The position numbers and the translations under genes are program-made. The notes below the pieces were generated by a model that was not told the origin of the DNA, did no database searches, and was given only the letters and a program-made list of their open reading frames with translations. From the NCBI GenBank assembly GCA_963725185.1, contig CAVRXO010000002.1:496666-560665 (forward strand): a stretch of 64,000 nucleotides of DNA, given 5' to 3'. This document shows positions 49,156 to 59,058 of this stretch, piece after piece (positions within the stretch are counted from its first letter, which is position 1; the number at the start of each line of letters is the position of its first letter). Source of the stretch: an uncultured Alphaproteobacteria bacterium (GTDB taxonomy: Bacteria; Pseudomonadota; Alphaproteobacteria; Rhizobiales; Xanthobacteraceae).

Positions 49156-51222
49156 ATGCAAACCACCATGACGAAATCGATTCTTGCCGTCGCGGCGATC
49201 GGGCTCGCGACGGTAAGCGCGGTCACCGGCGCCTGCGCACAGCAGCAGGCGCGCCAACCGGCGGTGCAGGCGCAGCCCGCCGAGCCCGCAAAGGATTACA
49301 ATCAGCGTGCGCTCGAGATCTACGAGTTCCGCAAGGCGGCGCAGAGCGGCCCGCACCGCGGCCAGGAGATCTACTACTACAAATGCTGGATGTGTCACAA
49401 CGAGCTCGCCGAAGGCGGCGCGCCCAAGCTTGTCGGCCTGTTCAAGCGCGCCAACCTGGTCACCGGCGATCCGGTCAGCGACGACGCCGTCTTGAACCAG
49501 ATCCGCAACGGCAGCGCCAACATGCCGGCCTACAAATACGTCCTCAACGACGCCGACCTGAAGGATTTGTTGAGCTGGCTGCACGACGAGAACTGCTGCT
49601 GGAACTCCGACGCGCCGCCGCCCAATCCGCGCTACAAGGGCAACGCCGCCGCGCCCGCGGAAGAGCTTTACGGCGCGCTCACCGGCGGGCCGAAGGGCCT
49701 GGTCAAGAACGCGCGCGGCGAGCCGATCGAAGGCATCATGGTGCAGCTGATCTCGGATCAGAACGCGATCCGCACCACCGTCTTCAGCCATGCCGACGGC
49801 CGCTATGAATTCCCCAAGGTCGCGCCCGGCTCCTATACGCTGCGCATCGCCAAGCCGCGCGAGTTCTATCCGTGGTCGAAGGACAAGGTCGAGATCAAGG
49901 GCGCCGACACGCTCGAGGACATCACGCTGTTGCGGGTGACGGCCGGCGAGTTCCTGCCGCCGTTCCCGGAGATCGCGGCCGAGCTCACCGGCTCGGAATG
50001 GCTGCAGAACCTGCCCGGCACCGGCCAGGAGAAGAAGACGCTCACGGTCTATTGCAACTTCTGCCACGAATATCAGCAGATCTTCCGCAACCGCTATGAC
50101 GAGGCCGGCTGGTCCAAGATCGTCAACCGCATGACCCATGGGGCCGGCTCGACCCTGATCAACATCCGCAATCCCGGCCGCCTGCCTCCGGCCGAGGAAG
50201 CCCACTTCGCGCATTGGCTGGCGACCGCGCGCGGGCCGGATTCCAAGGATCCGAACTTCGTGGTGCAGCCGCGCCCGCAGGGCCGGCAGACGAAAGTGGT
50301 CATCACCGAATACGAAGTGCCGCGCCTGGAGATCTCGGCGCACGACACCGCCGGCGATGCCCAGGGCCGGGTCTGGTACTCGACCCACCGCAGCTCCTAT
50401 GTGGGGCGCCTCGATCCTGCCAACGGCCATGTCCAGGAATTCCACGTGCCGTTGCCCGAGCCCGGCGCGCAGCCCGGCACGCACTGGATCTTCGTCGATC
50501 CCAAGGGCGCGATCTGGGGCTCGGAGAACTGGGCGCACAACATCTGGACGCTTGATCCCAACCTGAAGGACTTCAGGCGCGTGCACTGGAACGTGCAGGA
50601 GCCCATAAACTCGCCCATGGGCGGCAACTACGCTCTCGATGAAGCAGACAACATCTGGCGTGTCCGCGAGGGCGAGGTCGGCCGCATCAGCGGCGCCGAC
50701 GGCAGCAAGCTCGAAGCCATCAAGACCAAGAAGTTCGCCTCCACCTATGGCAGCGCCATGAGCTGGGACTACCGCTATTTCGGCGGCGGCGCCTGGCCAA
50801 AGGATGGAATGGTGATCTACGACCGCAAGACCGGCCAGCTGTACGAGCCCGACACCAGCCCCAATTCAGGTCCCGCCCGCGGCGAGTTCGATCCCGCCGG
50901 CAATTACTGGGCGGCCGGCCGCGGCGGCTCGTTGATCAAGTTCGACATCAACACCAAGCTGGTCCACGAATACCCGCTGCCGACGCCCTACACCTCGCTC
51001 TACACCGCCAAGGCCGACAAGAACGGCGAGGTGTGGGCCGGCGAGCTCAACGGCGGCCACTATCTGCGCTTCGACCCGAAGACCGAGCAGTTCACCACCT
51101 ACACGCTGCCCGAGCCCTTCGCCATGGACCGCGAGGCCTGGATCGACAATTCCACCAGCCCAGTCTCGGTCTGGTTCGTCGACCACGACGGCTGGCTGGT
51201 GCATATCCAGCCGCTGGATTGA
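49156..51222 (+). CDS. multidomain secreted protein: c-type cytochrome + carboxypeptidase-regulatory-like domain + second CxxCH + C-terminal beta-propeller-like region
   Basis: The ATG at 49156 follows GGGGAGG. There is a signal peptide and two heme motifs, CWMCH and CNFCH. GEPIEGIMVQLIS...FSHADGRYEFPKVAPGSYTLRI is a CarboxypepD_reg-like fold. The C-terminal repeats (VWYSTHR.., IWGSENW.., NYWAAGRGGS.., EVWAGELNGG..) are suggestive of a propeller. Confidence 0.8.
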   Translation: MQTTMTKSILAVAAIGLATVSAVTGACAQQQARQPAVQAQPAEPAKDYNQRALEIYEFRKAAQSGPHRGQEIYYYKCWMCHNELAEGGAPKLVGLFKRANLVTGDPVSDDAVLNQIRNGSANMPAYKYVLNDADLKDLLSWLHDENCCWNSDAPPPNPRYKGNAAAPAEELYGALTGGPKGLVKNARGEPIEGIMVQLISDQNAIRTTVFSHADGRYEFPKVAPGSYTLRIAKPREFYPWSKDKVEIKGADTLEDITLLRVTAGEFLPPFPEIAAELTGSEWLQNLPGTGQEKKTLTVYCNFCHEYQQIFRNRYDEAGWSKIVNRMTHGAGSTLINIRNPGRLPPAEEAHFAHWLATARGPDSKDPNFVVQPRPQGRQTKVVITEYEVPRLEISAHDTAGDAQGRVWYSTHRSSYVGRLDPANGHVQEFHVPLPEPGAQPGTHWIFVDPKGAIWGSENWAHNIWTLDPNLKDFRRVHWNVQEPINSPMGGNYALDEADNIWRVREGEVGRISGADGSKLEAIKTKKFASTYGSAMSWDYRYFGGGAWPKDGMVIYDRKTGQLYEPDTSPNSGPARGEFDPAGNYWAAGRGGSLIKFDINTKLVHEYPLPTPYTSLYTAKADKNGEVWAGELNGGHYLRFDPKTEQFTTYTLPEPFAMDREAWIDNSTSPVSVWFVDHDGWLVHIQPLD

Positions 51223-51337
51223 GGCTTCAGCGATACGCCTCCGTAAGGTGGGCAAGAGCGCGCAGCACGGTGCCCACCTTCGGCATGTCCGCATGGGCAT
51301 GGCGCTACGCGCCTTGCCCACCCTACAGAGTGCCTCA

Positions 51338-52878
51338 TCAATGCCCGGCCATATGCCGGCCGATCTCGGTCAAGTCGGCGTCGCTTGCGGTCGTCTCGTA
51401 GACCAGCTGGCCGTTGAAGATGACCACGATGCGGTCGGCGAGCTCGAGCAATTCGTCGAGATCCTCGCTGACCAGCAGCACCGCGGCGCCGCGGTTGCGC
51501 ACCGCCATGATCTCGCGCGTGGATCTGCGCGACGGCGGCAAAGTCGAGCCCGAAGCACGGATTGGCCGCGATCATGATGTCGACTTCGCCGCCGAGCTCG
51601 CGCGCCAGCACCGTGCGCTGGACATTGCCGCCGGAAAGCTCGCCGATCGGCGTGTCGGGGCCGCGGGTCTTGATCCGGTAGCGCTCGATCGCGCGCGCGG
51701 CGCCTGCGCGGAAGCGCGGCATGATCGAGCCACCAGCCGCCGCGCGCGAACGGCGGCCGGTCGAAGGCGCGGAACGCGAGATTGTCGGCGACGCTCATGC
51801 GCGCCACGCAGGCGTTCTTCAGCGGCTCCTCCGGCAGGCAGGAGACCTTGTGGCGGCGCATCTCGTCGCGCCGTCGCATGATAGGGATCGCCGCCGATGC
51901 GGATGTCGCCGCGATTCGGCGTCGCGCTGGCCGGCCAGGACCTCGACCAGCTGACGCTGGCCGTTGCCGGAAACGCCGGCGATGCCGACGATCTCGCCGG
52001 CGCGGATGCTCAGCGAGAGGTCGCGCACCGCCGGCTGGCCGCCGTCGTCGAGCGCATCGAGCCCTTGGCGATCTCGAGCCGCGGCGCACCGAATGAGCCG
52101 GCGCGCGCCGGCTGGACGGTCAGCTCCTCGGCGCCGATCATGGCGCGCGCCATCGCGTCAGGCGTCAGCTCCTTGACGCGGCCGTGCCGGCGAGCTTGCC
52201 GCGGCGCAGGATCGTCACCTCGTCGGCGAACGCCATCACCTCGCGAAACTTGTGGGTGATCATCAGGACCGTCAGCTCGCCGCGCGTGACCATGTCGCGC
52301 AGCATGCCGAGCACCTCGTCGGCTTCGCCCGGCGTCAGCACCGAGGTCGGCTCGTCGAGGATGAGGAAACGTCGCTCGAGATAGAGCTGCTTGAGGATCT
52401 CGCATTTCTGCCGCTCGCCGGCCGAGATGGCCGCGACCTTGGCGCTCGAGCGGCACCCGAAACGGCATCCGCTCCAGGAACGCTTCGAGCTCCTTCTGTC
52501 TCGGCTGCGCCAGTCGATCATGGCGGGCAGATTGTCGCGCGCCAGCACCAGGTTCTCGGTCACCGTCATGGCCGGCACCAGCGTGAAATGCTGATAGACC
52601 ATGCCCACGCCGAGCGCGTGCGCGGCGCGCGGGTTGGCGATCGTGCTGCTCGCGGTCGCCGACCAGGACGGCGCCCTCGTCGGGCTGGTAATAGCCCATG
52701 ATGCATTTGACCAGCGTGCTCTTGCCGGCGCCGTTCTCGCCGAGCAGGGCATGAAAGCTGCCGGGGACGACCTTCAGCGAGACGCGCGTCGAGCGCGACG
52801 AAGTCGCCGAAGCGCTTGGTCATCGAGACCGCCTCGATCCCGAGCGCGGGGCGGCGCGATTTGATCGCTGTCGCTCAC
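51338..52878 (-). pseudogene. double-domain ABC ATPase of a BMP-family (sugar/nucleoside-type) importer, with at least 10 frame switches
   Basis: Conserved pieces are spread over all three minus frames: [12 protein letters not shown] | [47 protein letters not shown] | [34 protein letters not shown] | [18 protein letters not shown] | [58 protein letters not shown] | [16 protein letters not shown].. | [41 protein letters not shown] | [13 protein letters not shown] | [17 protein letters not shown].. | RFRAGAARAIERYRIKTRGPDTPIGELSGGNVQRTVLAREL..IMIAANPCFGLDFAAVAQIHA | EIMAVRNRGAAVLLVSEDLDELLELADRIVVIFNGQLV..*. Confidence 0.8.
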
Positions 52879-52885
52879 TTGTCGC

Positions 52886-53812
52886 TCACTTGATGATGCT
52901 CAGCTCCGCCGGCGCGCCGACCAGCGTGCGCTTCGGCGAGCAGGTGATGATCATGATCAGCAAGGTCAGGATGTAGGGCGCGGCATTGAACAGGTAGTAG
53001 CCCTGGGCTGACGCCGACCGATTGCAGCGCCGGCCCGAGCGCGGCGGCGCCGCCGAACAGGAGCGATGCCCAGAAGCAATACATCGGGTTCCAGCGCGCG
53101 AAGATCACCAGCGCGACCGCGGTGATGCCCTTGTCCGCTCGACAGCCCCTCGTTCCAGCTGCCGGGATAGACCAGCGACAGGAACGATCCGCCGATGCCG
53201 GCGAGGAAGCCGCCCACCATGGTGGCGCGCAGCCGGACGGCGTTGACCGAATAGCCCATGGCGCGCGCGGCGTCGGCGCTTTCGCCGACGGTGCGCAGGA
53301 TCAGGCCCCAGCGCGTGCTGCGCAACGCCCAGACCAGGAGCGGGGCCAGCGCGACCCCGATGAGGAACAGCACGTTGATCTTCAGCGCGGCGTGCACCTG
53401 CGGCACGTCGCTCCACCAGCCGAGATCGATCGACGGCAGGATCGGCGCGCTCGGCTCGATCAGCGGCTTGCCGAGATAGAAGGCGAGGCCGGTGCCGAAC
53501 AGCATCAGGGCGATGCCGACCGCGATGTCGTTGACGCGCGGCAGGCCGCAGATCGAGGCGTGCAGGCGCCGAGCAGCGCGCCGACGATGCCGGCGGCCAG
53601 CACGCCAAGCCACGGCGAGCCGGTCAGGTAGGAGGTGCCGTAGGCGCACATCGCGCCCATCACCAGGTGCCTTCGAGGCCGAGATTGATGCGTCCGCTGC
53701 GCTCGGTGATGCATTCGCCGAGGCTGACGAACAGGAACGGCGTGCTCACCCGCAACGCGCCGCCGAGCACCGCGAGCGGCACGCCCCATAATCCGATGGC
53801 AGCGTCCGCCAT
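52886..53812 (-). pseudogene. ABC permease 2 of the BMP-family importer, four frame switches
   Basis: MADAAIGLWGVPLAVLGGALRVSTPFLFVSLGECITERSGRINLGLEGT | LVMGAMCAYGTSYLTGSPWLGVLAAGIVGALLGA | LHASICGLPRVNDIAVGIALMLF...SWNEGLSSGQG | ITAVALVIFARWNPMYCFWASLLFGGAAALGPALQSVGVS | QGYYLFNAAPYILTLLIMIITCSPKRTLVGAPAELSIIK*. The switches are near 53666, 53566, 53129 and 53008. Confidence 0.8.
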
Positions 53813-53814
53813 GG

Positions 53815-54838
53815 TCAGGCTGCCTTCCGGCCGAGACAGGCGAAAGCGGCCGTAGAGGGTCTCGCTCGCCAGCACCATCGACGAAGATGATCCCCTGCAG
53901 CACCAGGACGGACGCGTCGGGCAGGCCGAATCGGCGCTGCAGCAAGCCGCCGCTGGCGCCGATGCCGCCGAGCAGGATGGCGACCGGGATGATGGCCAGC
54001 GGATTGTGGCGCGCCAGGAACGACACCAGGATGCCGGTGAAGCCGTAGCCGACGGCGAGATTGGCATTGGCGCGGCCCTGCACGGCCGCGACCTCGACCA
54101 TGCCGGCAAGGCCGGCGGCGGCGCCCGCCAGGAAACACGTCACCAGGATGAGGCGGCCGACCGCGAGCCCGACCACCTTGGCGGCGCGGATATTGCCGCC
54201 GGCCATCCGCGCCGCGAAGCCGAACACCGTGTGATAGATCAGGATATAGGCGAGCACGGCGACCACGATGCCGAAGGCGAAGCCCCAATGGATGTCGGTG
54301 CCGGGAATCGAGCCGATCATGTTGGCGGCACCGATCTCGCGCGTCGACGGCTTGTTGAGGCTCGTCGGATCGCGCATCGGGCCCTCGACCAGCTGGTTGA
54401 GAATGGCGAGCGCGATATAGACCAGCAGCAGGCTCGAGATCGTCTCGTTGACGCCGCGGTAGTGGCGCAGGCCGCCGGCGAGCGCGATCCAAAGCCCGCC
54501 GCCCGCCATGCCGGCAGCCACCATGGCGCATCTGCACGACCAGCGGCGGGGCTTGCCGGCAATGCCAGCGCGGCCGCGGTCGCGGCGAGCGCCCCGATCA
54601 GCAGCGCGCCCTCGCCGCCGATGATCACCATCCCGAGCTGCGCCGGCAGCGCCGTGCACAGCGCCGTCAGGATCAGCGGCGCCGCGCGCGTCAGCGTGTT
54701 CTGCCACGAGAACCAGGTGCCGAACGCGCCCTGGTACATGTAGAAATAAAGGTCGAGCGCATTCTTGCCCGACAGCGCGACAAAGATCCCGAACAGCACC
54801 AGCGATGCGACCAGCGCCAGCAGCGGGAATAACCACAT
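53815..54838 (-). pseudogene. ABC permease 1 of the BMP-family importer, at least two to three frame switches
   Basis: MWLFPLLALVASLVLFGIFVALSG...LGMVIIGGEGALLIGALAATAAALAL | ..AMVAAGMAGGGLWIALAGGLRHYRGVNETISSLLLVYIALAILNQLV...LVLQGIIFV | MVLASETLYGRFRLS.. | GRKAA*. The switches are near 54550 and 53880, and probably near 53830. Confidence 0.75.
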
Positions 54839-54908
54839 ACTCGGCCGCGCCGCCAAACCGCGCGAGCGCCGCTTGCGCGGCGCCCGGCTGGGGCTGGAGT
54901 CGGAGCCC

Positions 54909-56018
54909 TCACGACGTCGCGCCGATCACGCCATCGACCAGATAGTCCATCTTCTCGAGCTCGGGATCGGTCTGGCTGCGCTCGACGCCGGCGGCGATCG
55001 CGGTCTTGCCCTTGTTGTCGGTGACCGGGCCCTTGAAGATGACGTAGTTGCCGGCCATCAGCTTGGCCTTGACGTCGTCGGCCTGCTTGCGCGCGGCCTC
55101 GGCCACCATGGCGCCGTAGGGCGACACCTTGACGAGGCCTTCCTTGAGGCCGCCGCGATAGAAGTTCGGGATGCTCTGGCCGGAGGTGAACATCTTGACG
55201 AAGCGCGGATAAAGGCTCTCCCAGTCCCATTCGGCGCCGGTGAGGTAGGCCTTGGGCGCGAGCGTGGCCTGGTTGACGTGATAGCCGCAGACCATGGCGC
55301 CGCGCCGCGCGGCGTTCTCCACCACGGTCTTTGGGCCGTCGACGTGACAGGTGATGACGTCGACGCCCTGGTCGATCAGGCTGTTGGTGGCTTCCGCCTC
55401 CTTGACCGGCATCGACCAGTCGCCGGTGAAGATCACCTGCACGGTGGCTTTCGGATTGGCGAGCTTGGCGCCCATCGCGAACGCATTGATGTTGCGCAGC
55501 ACCTGCGGGATCGGCTTGGCGGCGACGAAACCGAGCTTGCCGGATTTGGTCGAATAGCCGGCGACAATGCCGCTGACATGCTCGGCTTCGTCGATATAAC
55601 CGAAATAGCTGCCGGCGTTTTTCGGGTCCTTGTCGGTCCACAGGCCGCCGCAATGCTCGAAGCGCAGCTTGGGATACTTGGCGGCGATCTTGGTCACTTG
55701 CGGGTTGTAGTAGCCGAAAGAGGTCGGGAACAGCAGCGTCGCACCGTCGAGATTGATCATGGATTCCATGGTCTTCTCGACCGCATCGGTTTCCGGGACC
55801 TTCTCCTCCTCGACCACCTTCACATCGGCCATGGACTTGAGCGCGGCGGCGCCTTGGGCATGGGCCTGGTTGTAGCCGTAGTCGTCGCGCGACCCGACAT
55901 AGATGAAGCCGACGGTGGTTTCCTTGGCGGCGGCCGGGCGGGACGGCAGCACACCGGCGAGGGTAAGTGCGGCGGTCCCCTGCAGAACACGCCGACGTGA
56001 GACTGCGTCGAATATCAT
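54909..56018 (-). CDS. BMP-family (Med/PnrA-like) ABC substrate-binding protein, intact
   Basis: 369 aa. Tat-like leader (RRRVLQGTAALTLAG), then TTVGFIYVGSRDDYGYNQAHAQGA..., typical of basic-membrane-protein-family binding proteins. Confidence 0.9.
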   Translation of the reverse strand: MIFDAVSRRRVLQGTAALTLAGVLPSRPAAAKETTVGFIYVGSRDDYGYNQAHAQGAAALKSMADVKVVEEEKVPETDAVEKTMESMINLDGATLLFPTSFGYYNPQVTKIAAKYPKLRFEHCGGLWTDKDPKNAGSYFGYIDEAEHVSGIVAGYSTKSGKLGFVAAKPIPQVLRNINAFAMGAKLANPKATVQVIFTGDWSMPVKEAEATNSLIDQGVDVITCHVDGPKTVVENAARRGAMVCGYHVNQATLAPKAYLTGAEWDWESLYPRFVKMFTSGQSIPNFYRGGLKEGLVKVSPYGAMVAEAARKQADDVKAKLMAGNYVIFKGPVTDNKGKTAIAAGVERSQTDPELEKMDYLVDGVIGATS

Positions 56019-56328
56019 GGTGATCCTTTCTCGAATGCGGGACGAAGGGCCGCTCGATCATGGGGCACCGAGCGAAGAGCGGATCGCCCTTGAGAAGCGC
56101 GGTCGCAAGCCCTGTGCCAACGCTGCCAGGACGGCGCTGTTCGCACTAAAGCATTGAATTCACTTGCTTTAACTTGACCGCCGAGAGCCGGGCAAAATCG
56201 GCGGCCATTCCGGCGATAAAGAAATAGGCAGCCTCTGACGAATTGTATGCAATCGGCTCCGCTTGGCTTTCTCTGACGGGCGGGTTCCGGTTAAGCTCAC
56301 GCTCTCGAACCCTGGGAGTAGGAAGCAC

Positions 56329-57261
56329 ATGAAGAAGCTGGTGTTGGAAACCACCGCGCCGTTCCAAGGCTTGCCCGAGCTGGTGGCGTTCGACGAAGGC
56401 CTGTTCGCGCAGGAAGGCCTTCTGGTCGAATGGGCGGACCGCGACCAGGACGCCGCGAAAAAGCTCGACATCAACGTGACCAGCCCCCAGCAGGTGGACC
56501 CGTTCTCGAGCCACGGCAAGATGTTCGAGCAGGGCAAGGCGGACATGTATAATGCCTGCGAGTGGGGAAACTATTGCCGCGTGCAGGAGACCGGGACCGG
56601 CAGCCGTCAGCTCGGCCGCCGCGCCATCGTGAGCTATTCGGCCATGGTGGTGGCCCCGGACTCCGACATCTTCACGCCGCAGCAGCTTGCCAATCGCTCG
56701 ATCGGCGTCCCGTTCTATTTCGGCACGCACTATATCGCCCTGCACATGCTTGAAGGATTCCTCGCCCGCGACGAGATCAAGCTGTGCAGCGCGCCCAACG
56801 GGTCGCGCTATCGGCTCAACTCCCTGCTGAAGGGCGAAGTCGACGCCGTCACGCTCACGGAGCCGCACATCACGCTCGCCGAGAAGAAGGGCTGCCGCAC
56901 CGTCTGCTCGGCCTTCTTCCACGGCACCGAGGTCGCATCCGATCGGGTGGACGCGGAAACCTATGCCGCCTTCAACCGCGCCGTGCGTGAAGCGGTGCGC
57001 CGCATCAATGCCGACAAGCGCGCCTATCTGCACTATTTCATCGATTATCACGGCGCCACCGATCCGGAGATCGCAGCCCTAAAGGTCGATGACTTGCGCG
57101 AGAGCCGTCTCGTCGTCTGCGATCCTGCGCCGATCCCGCTCGATGAGATGCAGCGCACCTATGACTGGCTCAAGAGCTGGGGCATGCTGGAGGCGACGGC
57201 GTCGCCGCTGGAGCTCGTCGACATCGACCGCCAGTCGCAAGCCCACCGGGCGGCGGAATAG
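56329..57261 (+). CDS. NMT1/THI5-like (NitT/TauT-type binding-protein fold) protein without a signal peptide
   Basis: ORF 56263..57261, ATG at 56329. MKKLVLETTAPFQGLPELVAFDEGLFAQEGL... has no hydrophobic leader, so it is predicted cytoplasmic. Confidence 0.75.
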   Translation: MKKLVLETTAPFQGLPELVAFDEGLFAQEGLLVEWADRDQDAAKKLDINVTSPQQVDPFSSHGKMFEQGKADMYNACEWGNYCRVQETGTGSRQLGRRAIVSYSAMVVAPDSDIFTPQQLANRSIGVPFYFGTHYIALHMLEGFLARDEIKLCSAPNGSRYRLNSLLKGEVDAVTLTEPHITLAEKKGCRTVCSAFFHGTEVASDRVDAETYAAFNRAVREAVRRINADKRAYLHYFIDYHGATDPEIAALKVDDLRESRLVVCDPAPIPLDEMQRTYDWLKSWGMLEATASPLELVDIDRQSQAHRAAE

Positions 57262-57356
57262 TCCAAGGCGATAGCGGCGCCAGAGGTGCTGGCGCATCAC
57301 CTGCCGGCCACCTACAGTGGCAGCGCCGGAGCAGCGTGGTGGAGAGAGGCGGGTTC

Positions 57357-58169
57357 ATGTCCCCGGCCCCGAAGCTTCGTGTCGACGATGTGAGCATGAC
57401 CTTCAAGACGCCGGCCGGCGTTTTCCAGGCGCTGGCGCCGGTCACGCTCTCGATCCCGCCGGGCCGCTTCGTCAGCCTCATCGGCCCTTCGGGCTGCGGC
57501 AAGAGCACGATCTTCAACATCATCGCGGGCCTCATCGAGCCGACCGCCGGCCACGTGCTGATCGAGGGCATTGAGGCCACCGGGACCATCGGGCGGGTGG
57601 GCTACATGCTGCAGAAGGATCTGCTGCTGCCGTGGCGCAGCGTGCTCGACAACGTCATCCTCGGCATGGAGATCCAGGGCGTGCCGCTGCGCGAGGCGCG
57701 CGGCCGGGCGCTGCCCTTGCTGCAGCGCTACGGGCTCGCGGGTTTCGAGCATCTCTATCCAAGCTCGCTTTCGGGCGGCATGCGCCAGCGCGCGGCGCTG
57801 CTGCGCACGCTCTTGTTCGATACCGATGTGATCCTGCTGGACGAGCCGTTCGGCGCGCTTGACGCCCAGACCAAGCTGCAGATGCAGGAATGGCTGATGC
57901 AGCTGTGGGCCGACTTCGGCAAGACCGTGGTGTTCGTCACGCATGACATCGAGGAAGCGATCTTTCTGTCCGATGAGGTGCACGTGATGGCAACCCGGCC
58001 GGGACGGATCATCGAGACCATCCCGGTGCCGATCGAACGTCCGCGGGAGCGCGAAAGCGTGCTCACGCCCGAGTTCCTGGCGATCAAGGAGCGGTGCCTC
58101 GCGCTCCTCGCAACCGGAGCACTCCCCCAGCCGGTGAGCCTACGGCACCATCGTCAGGAAGTCGCATGA
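57357..58169 (+). CDS. ABC transporter ATP-binding protein (NitT/TauT family)
   Basis: Walker A GPSGCGKST, signature LSGGMRQR and Walker B ILLDEPFGALD. ATG at 57357 within ORF 57336..58169. Confidence 0.9.
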   Translation: MSPAPKLRVDDVSMTFKTPAGVFQALAPVTLSIPPGRFVSLIGPSGCGKSTIFNIIAGLIEPTAGHVLIEGIEATGTIGRVGYMLQKDLLLPWRSVLDNVILGMEIQGVPLREARGRALPLLQRYGLAGFEHLYPSSLSGGMRQRAALLRTLLFDTDVILLDEPFGALDAQTKLQMQEWLMQLWADFGKTVVFVTHDIEEAIFLSDEVHVMATRPGRIIETIPVPIERPRERESVLTPEFLAIKERCLALLATGALPQPVSLRHHRQEVA

Positions 58170-59035
58170 GCGTCCCGGACACCCCGGCGGTCGGCGTCAC
58201 CGATCTTGGCCTGGCGCATCCGGGTTCCGCTGGCGCACCGCCCGCAAGACCGGCTCGGCGCCTGCCGGTGCAGCGGGACTGGCCGCCGTGGGCCATACTG
58301 GCCGCCCAGATCGGCATCCTGGTGGGAGCGATCGGGCTCTGGGAGACGGCGGCGACGCGCGGCTGGATCGATGCGTTTTTCTGGTCGCAGCCAAGCGCGA
58401 TCTTCCATACGTTCACGATCTTCTTCGCCACCGGCGATGCCTGGGCCGACATCGCCTTCACGTTCCGCTCAACCATCTTGGGCTTTCTGCTCGGAACCAC
58501 GGCGGGCTCGCTGCTTGGGCTTTCGTTCTGGTGGTCGCGCAACTATGCGGCCATCGTCCAGCCCTACATCATCTGCTTCGAATCGATCCCGAAGCTCGCG
58601 CTTGCCCCGCTGGTCATCCTGGTGTTCGGCCTCGGCCTGGCCTCGAAGGTCGCGATCGCGACCGCGCTCACCCTGGTGGTCTCGACGCTGACGACCTATG
58701 CGGGCGTCAAGGCGCTCGACCAGGATGGAGAGAAGCTGTTCTACTCGCTCGGGGCTTCGCGACTGCAGGTCTTCTGCAAGCTGGTGGTGCCATCCTGCTT
58801 GCCGTGGATAATCTCGGTCCTGCGCGTCAACATCGGTCTCGCGCTGACGGGCGCGGTGGTGGGCGAGTTCATCGCGTCCCAGCATGGTCTTGGACGCGCG
58901 ATCCTGTATGCGGGCCAGACCTACGACATCGCGCTGGTCTGGGTCGCGGTGCTTGCGCTCTCGACGCTCTCCGTCATCATGTACGCGACCGTCTCATGGC
59001 TCGAGCGCCTGTTGCGCAAGGGTGTCCGTCAATAG
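58166..59035 (+). CDS. ABC transporter permease (NitT/TauT family)
   Basis: The ATG at 58166 overlaps the upstream stop (ATGA). It has multiple TM helices and an EAA-like loop region (..YSLGASRLQVFCKLVVPSCLPWI..). Confidence 0.85.
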   Translation: MSVPDTPAVGVTDLGLAHPGSAGAPPARPARRLPVQRDWPPWAILAAQIGILVGAIGLWETAATRGWIDAFFWSQPSAIFHTFTIFFATGDAWADIAFTFRSTILGFLLGTTAGSLLGLSFWWSRNYAAIVQPYIICFESIPKLALAPLVILVFGLGLASKVAIATALTLVVSTLTTYAGVKALDQDGEKLFYSLGASRLQVFCKLVVPSCLPWIISVLRVNIGLALTGAVVGEFIASQHGLGRAILYAGQTYDIALVWVAVLALSTLSVIMYATVSWLERLLRKGVRQ

Positions 59036-59058
59036 CCGGCATCGAAAGCGAGGATGGC

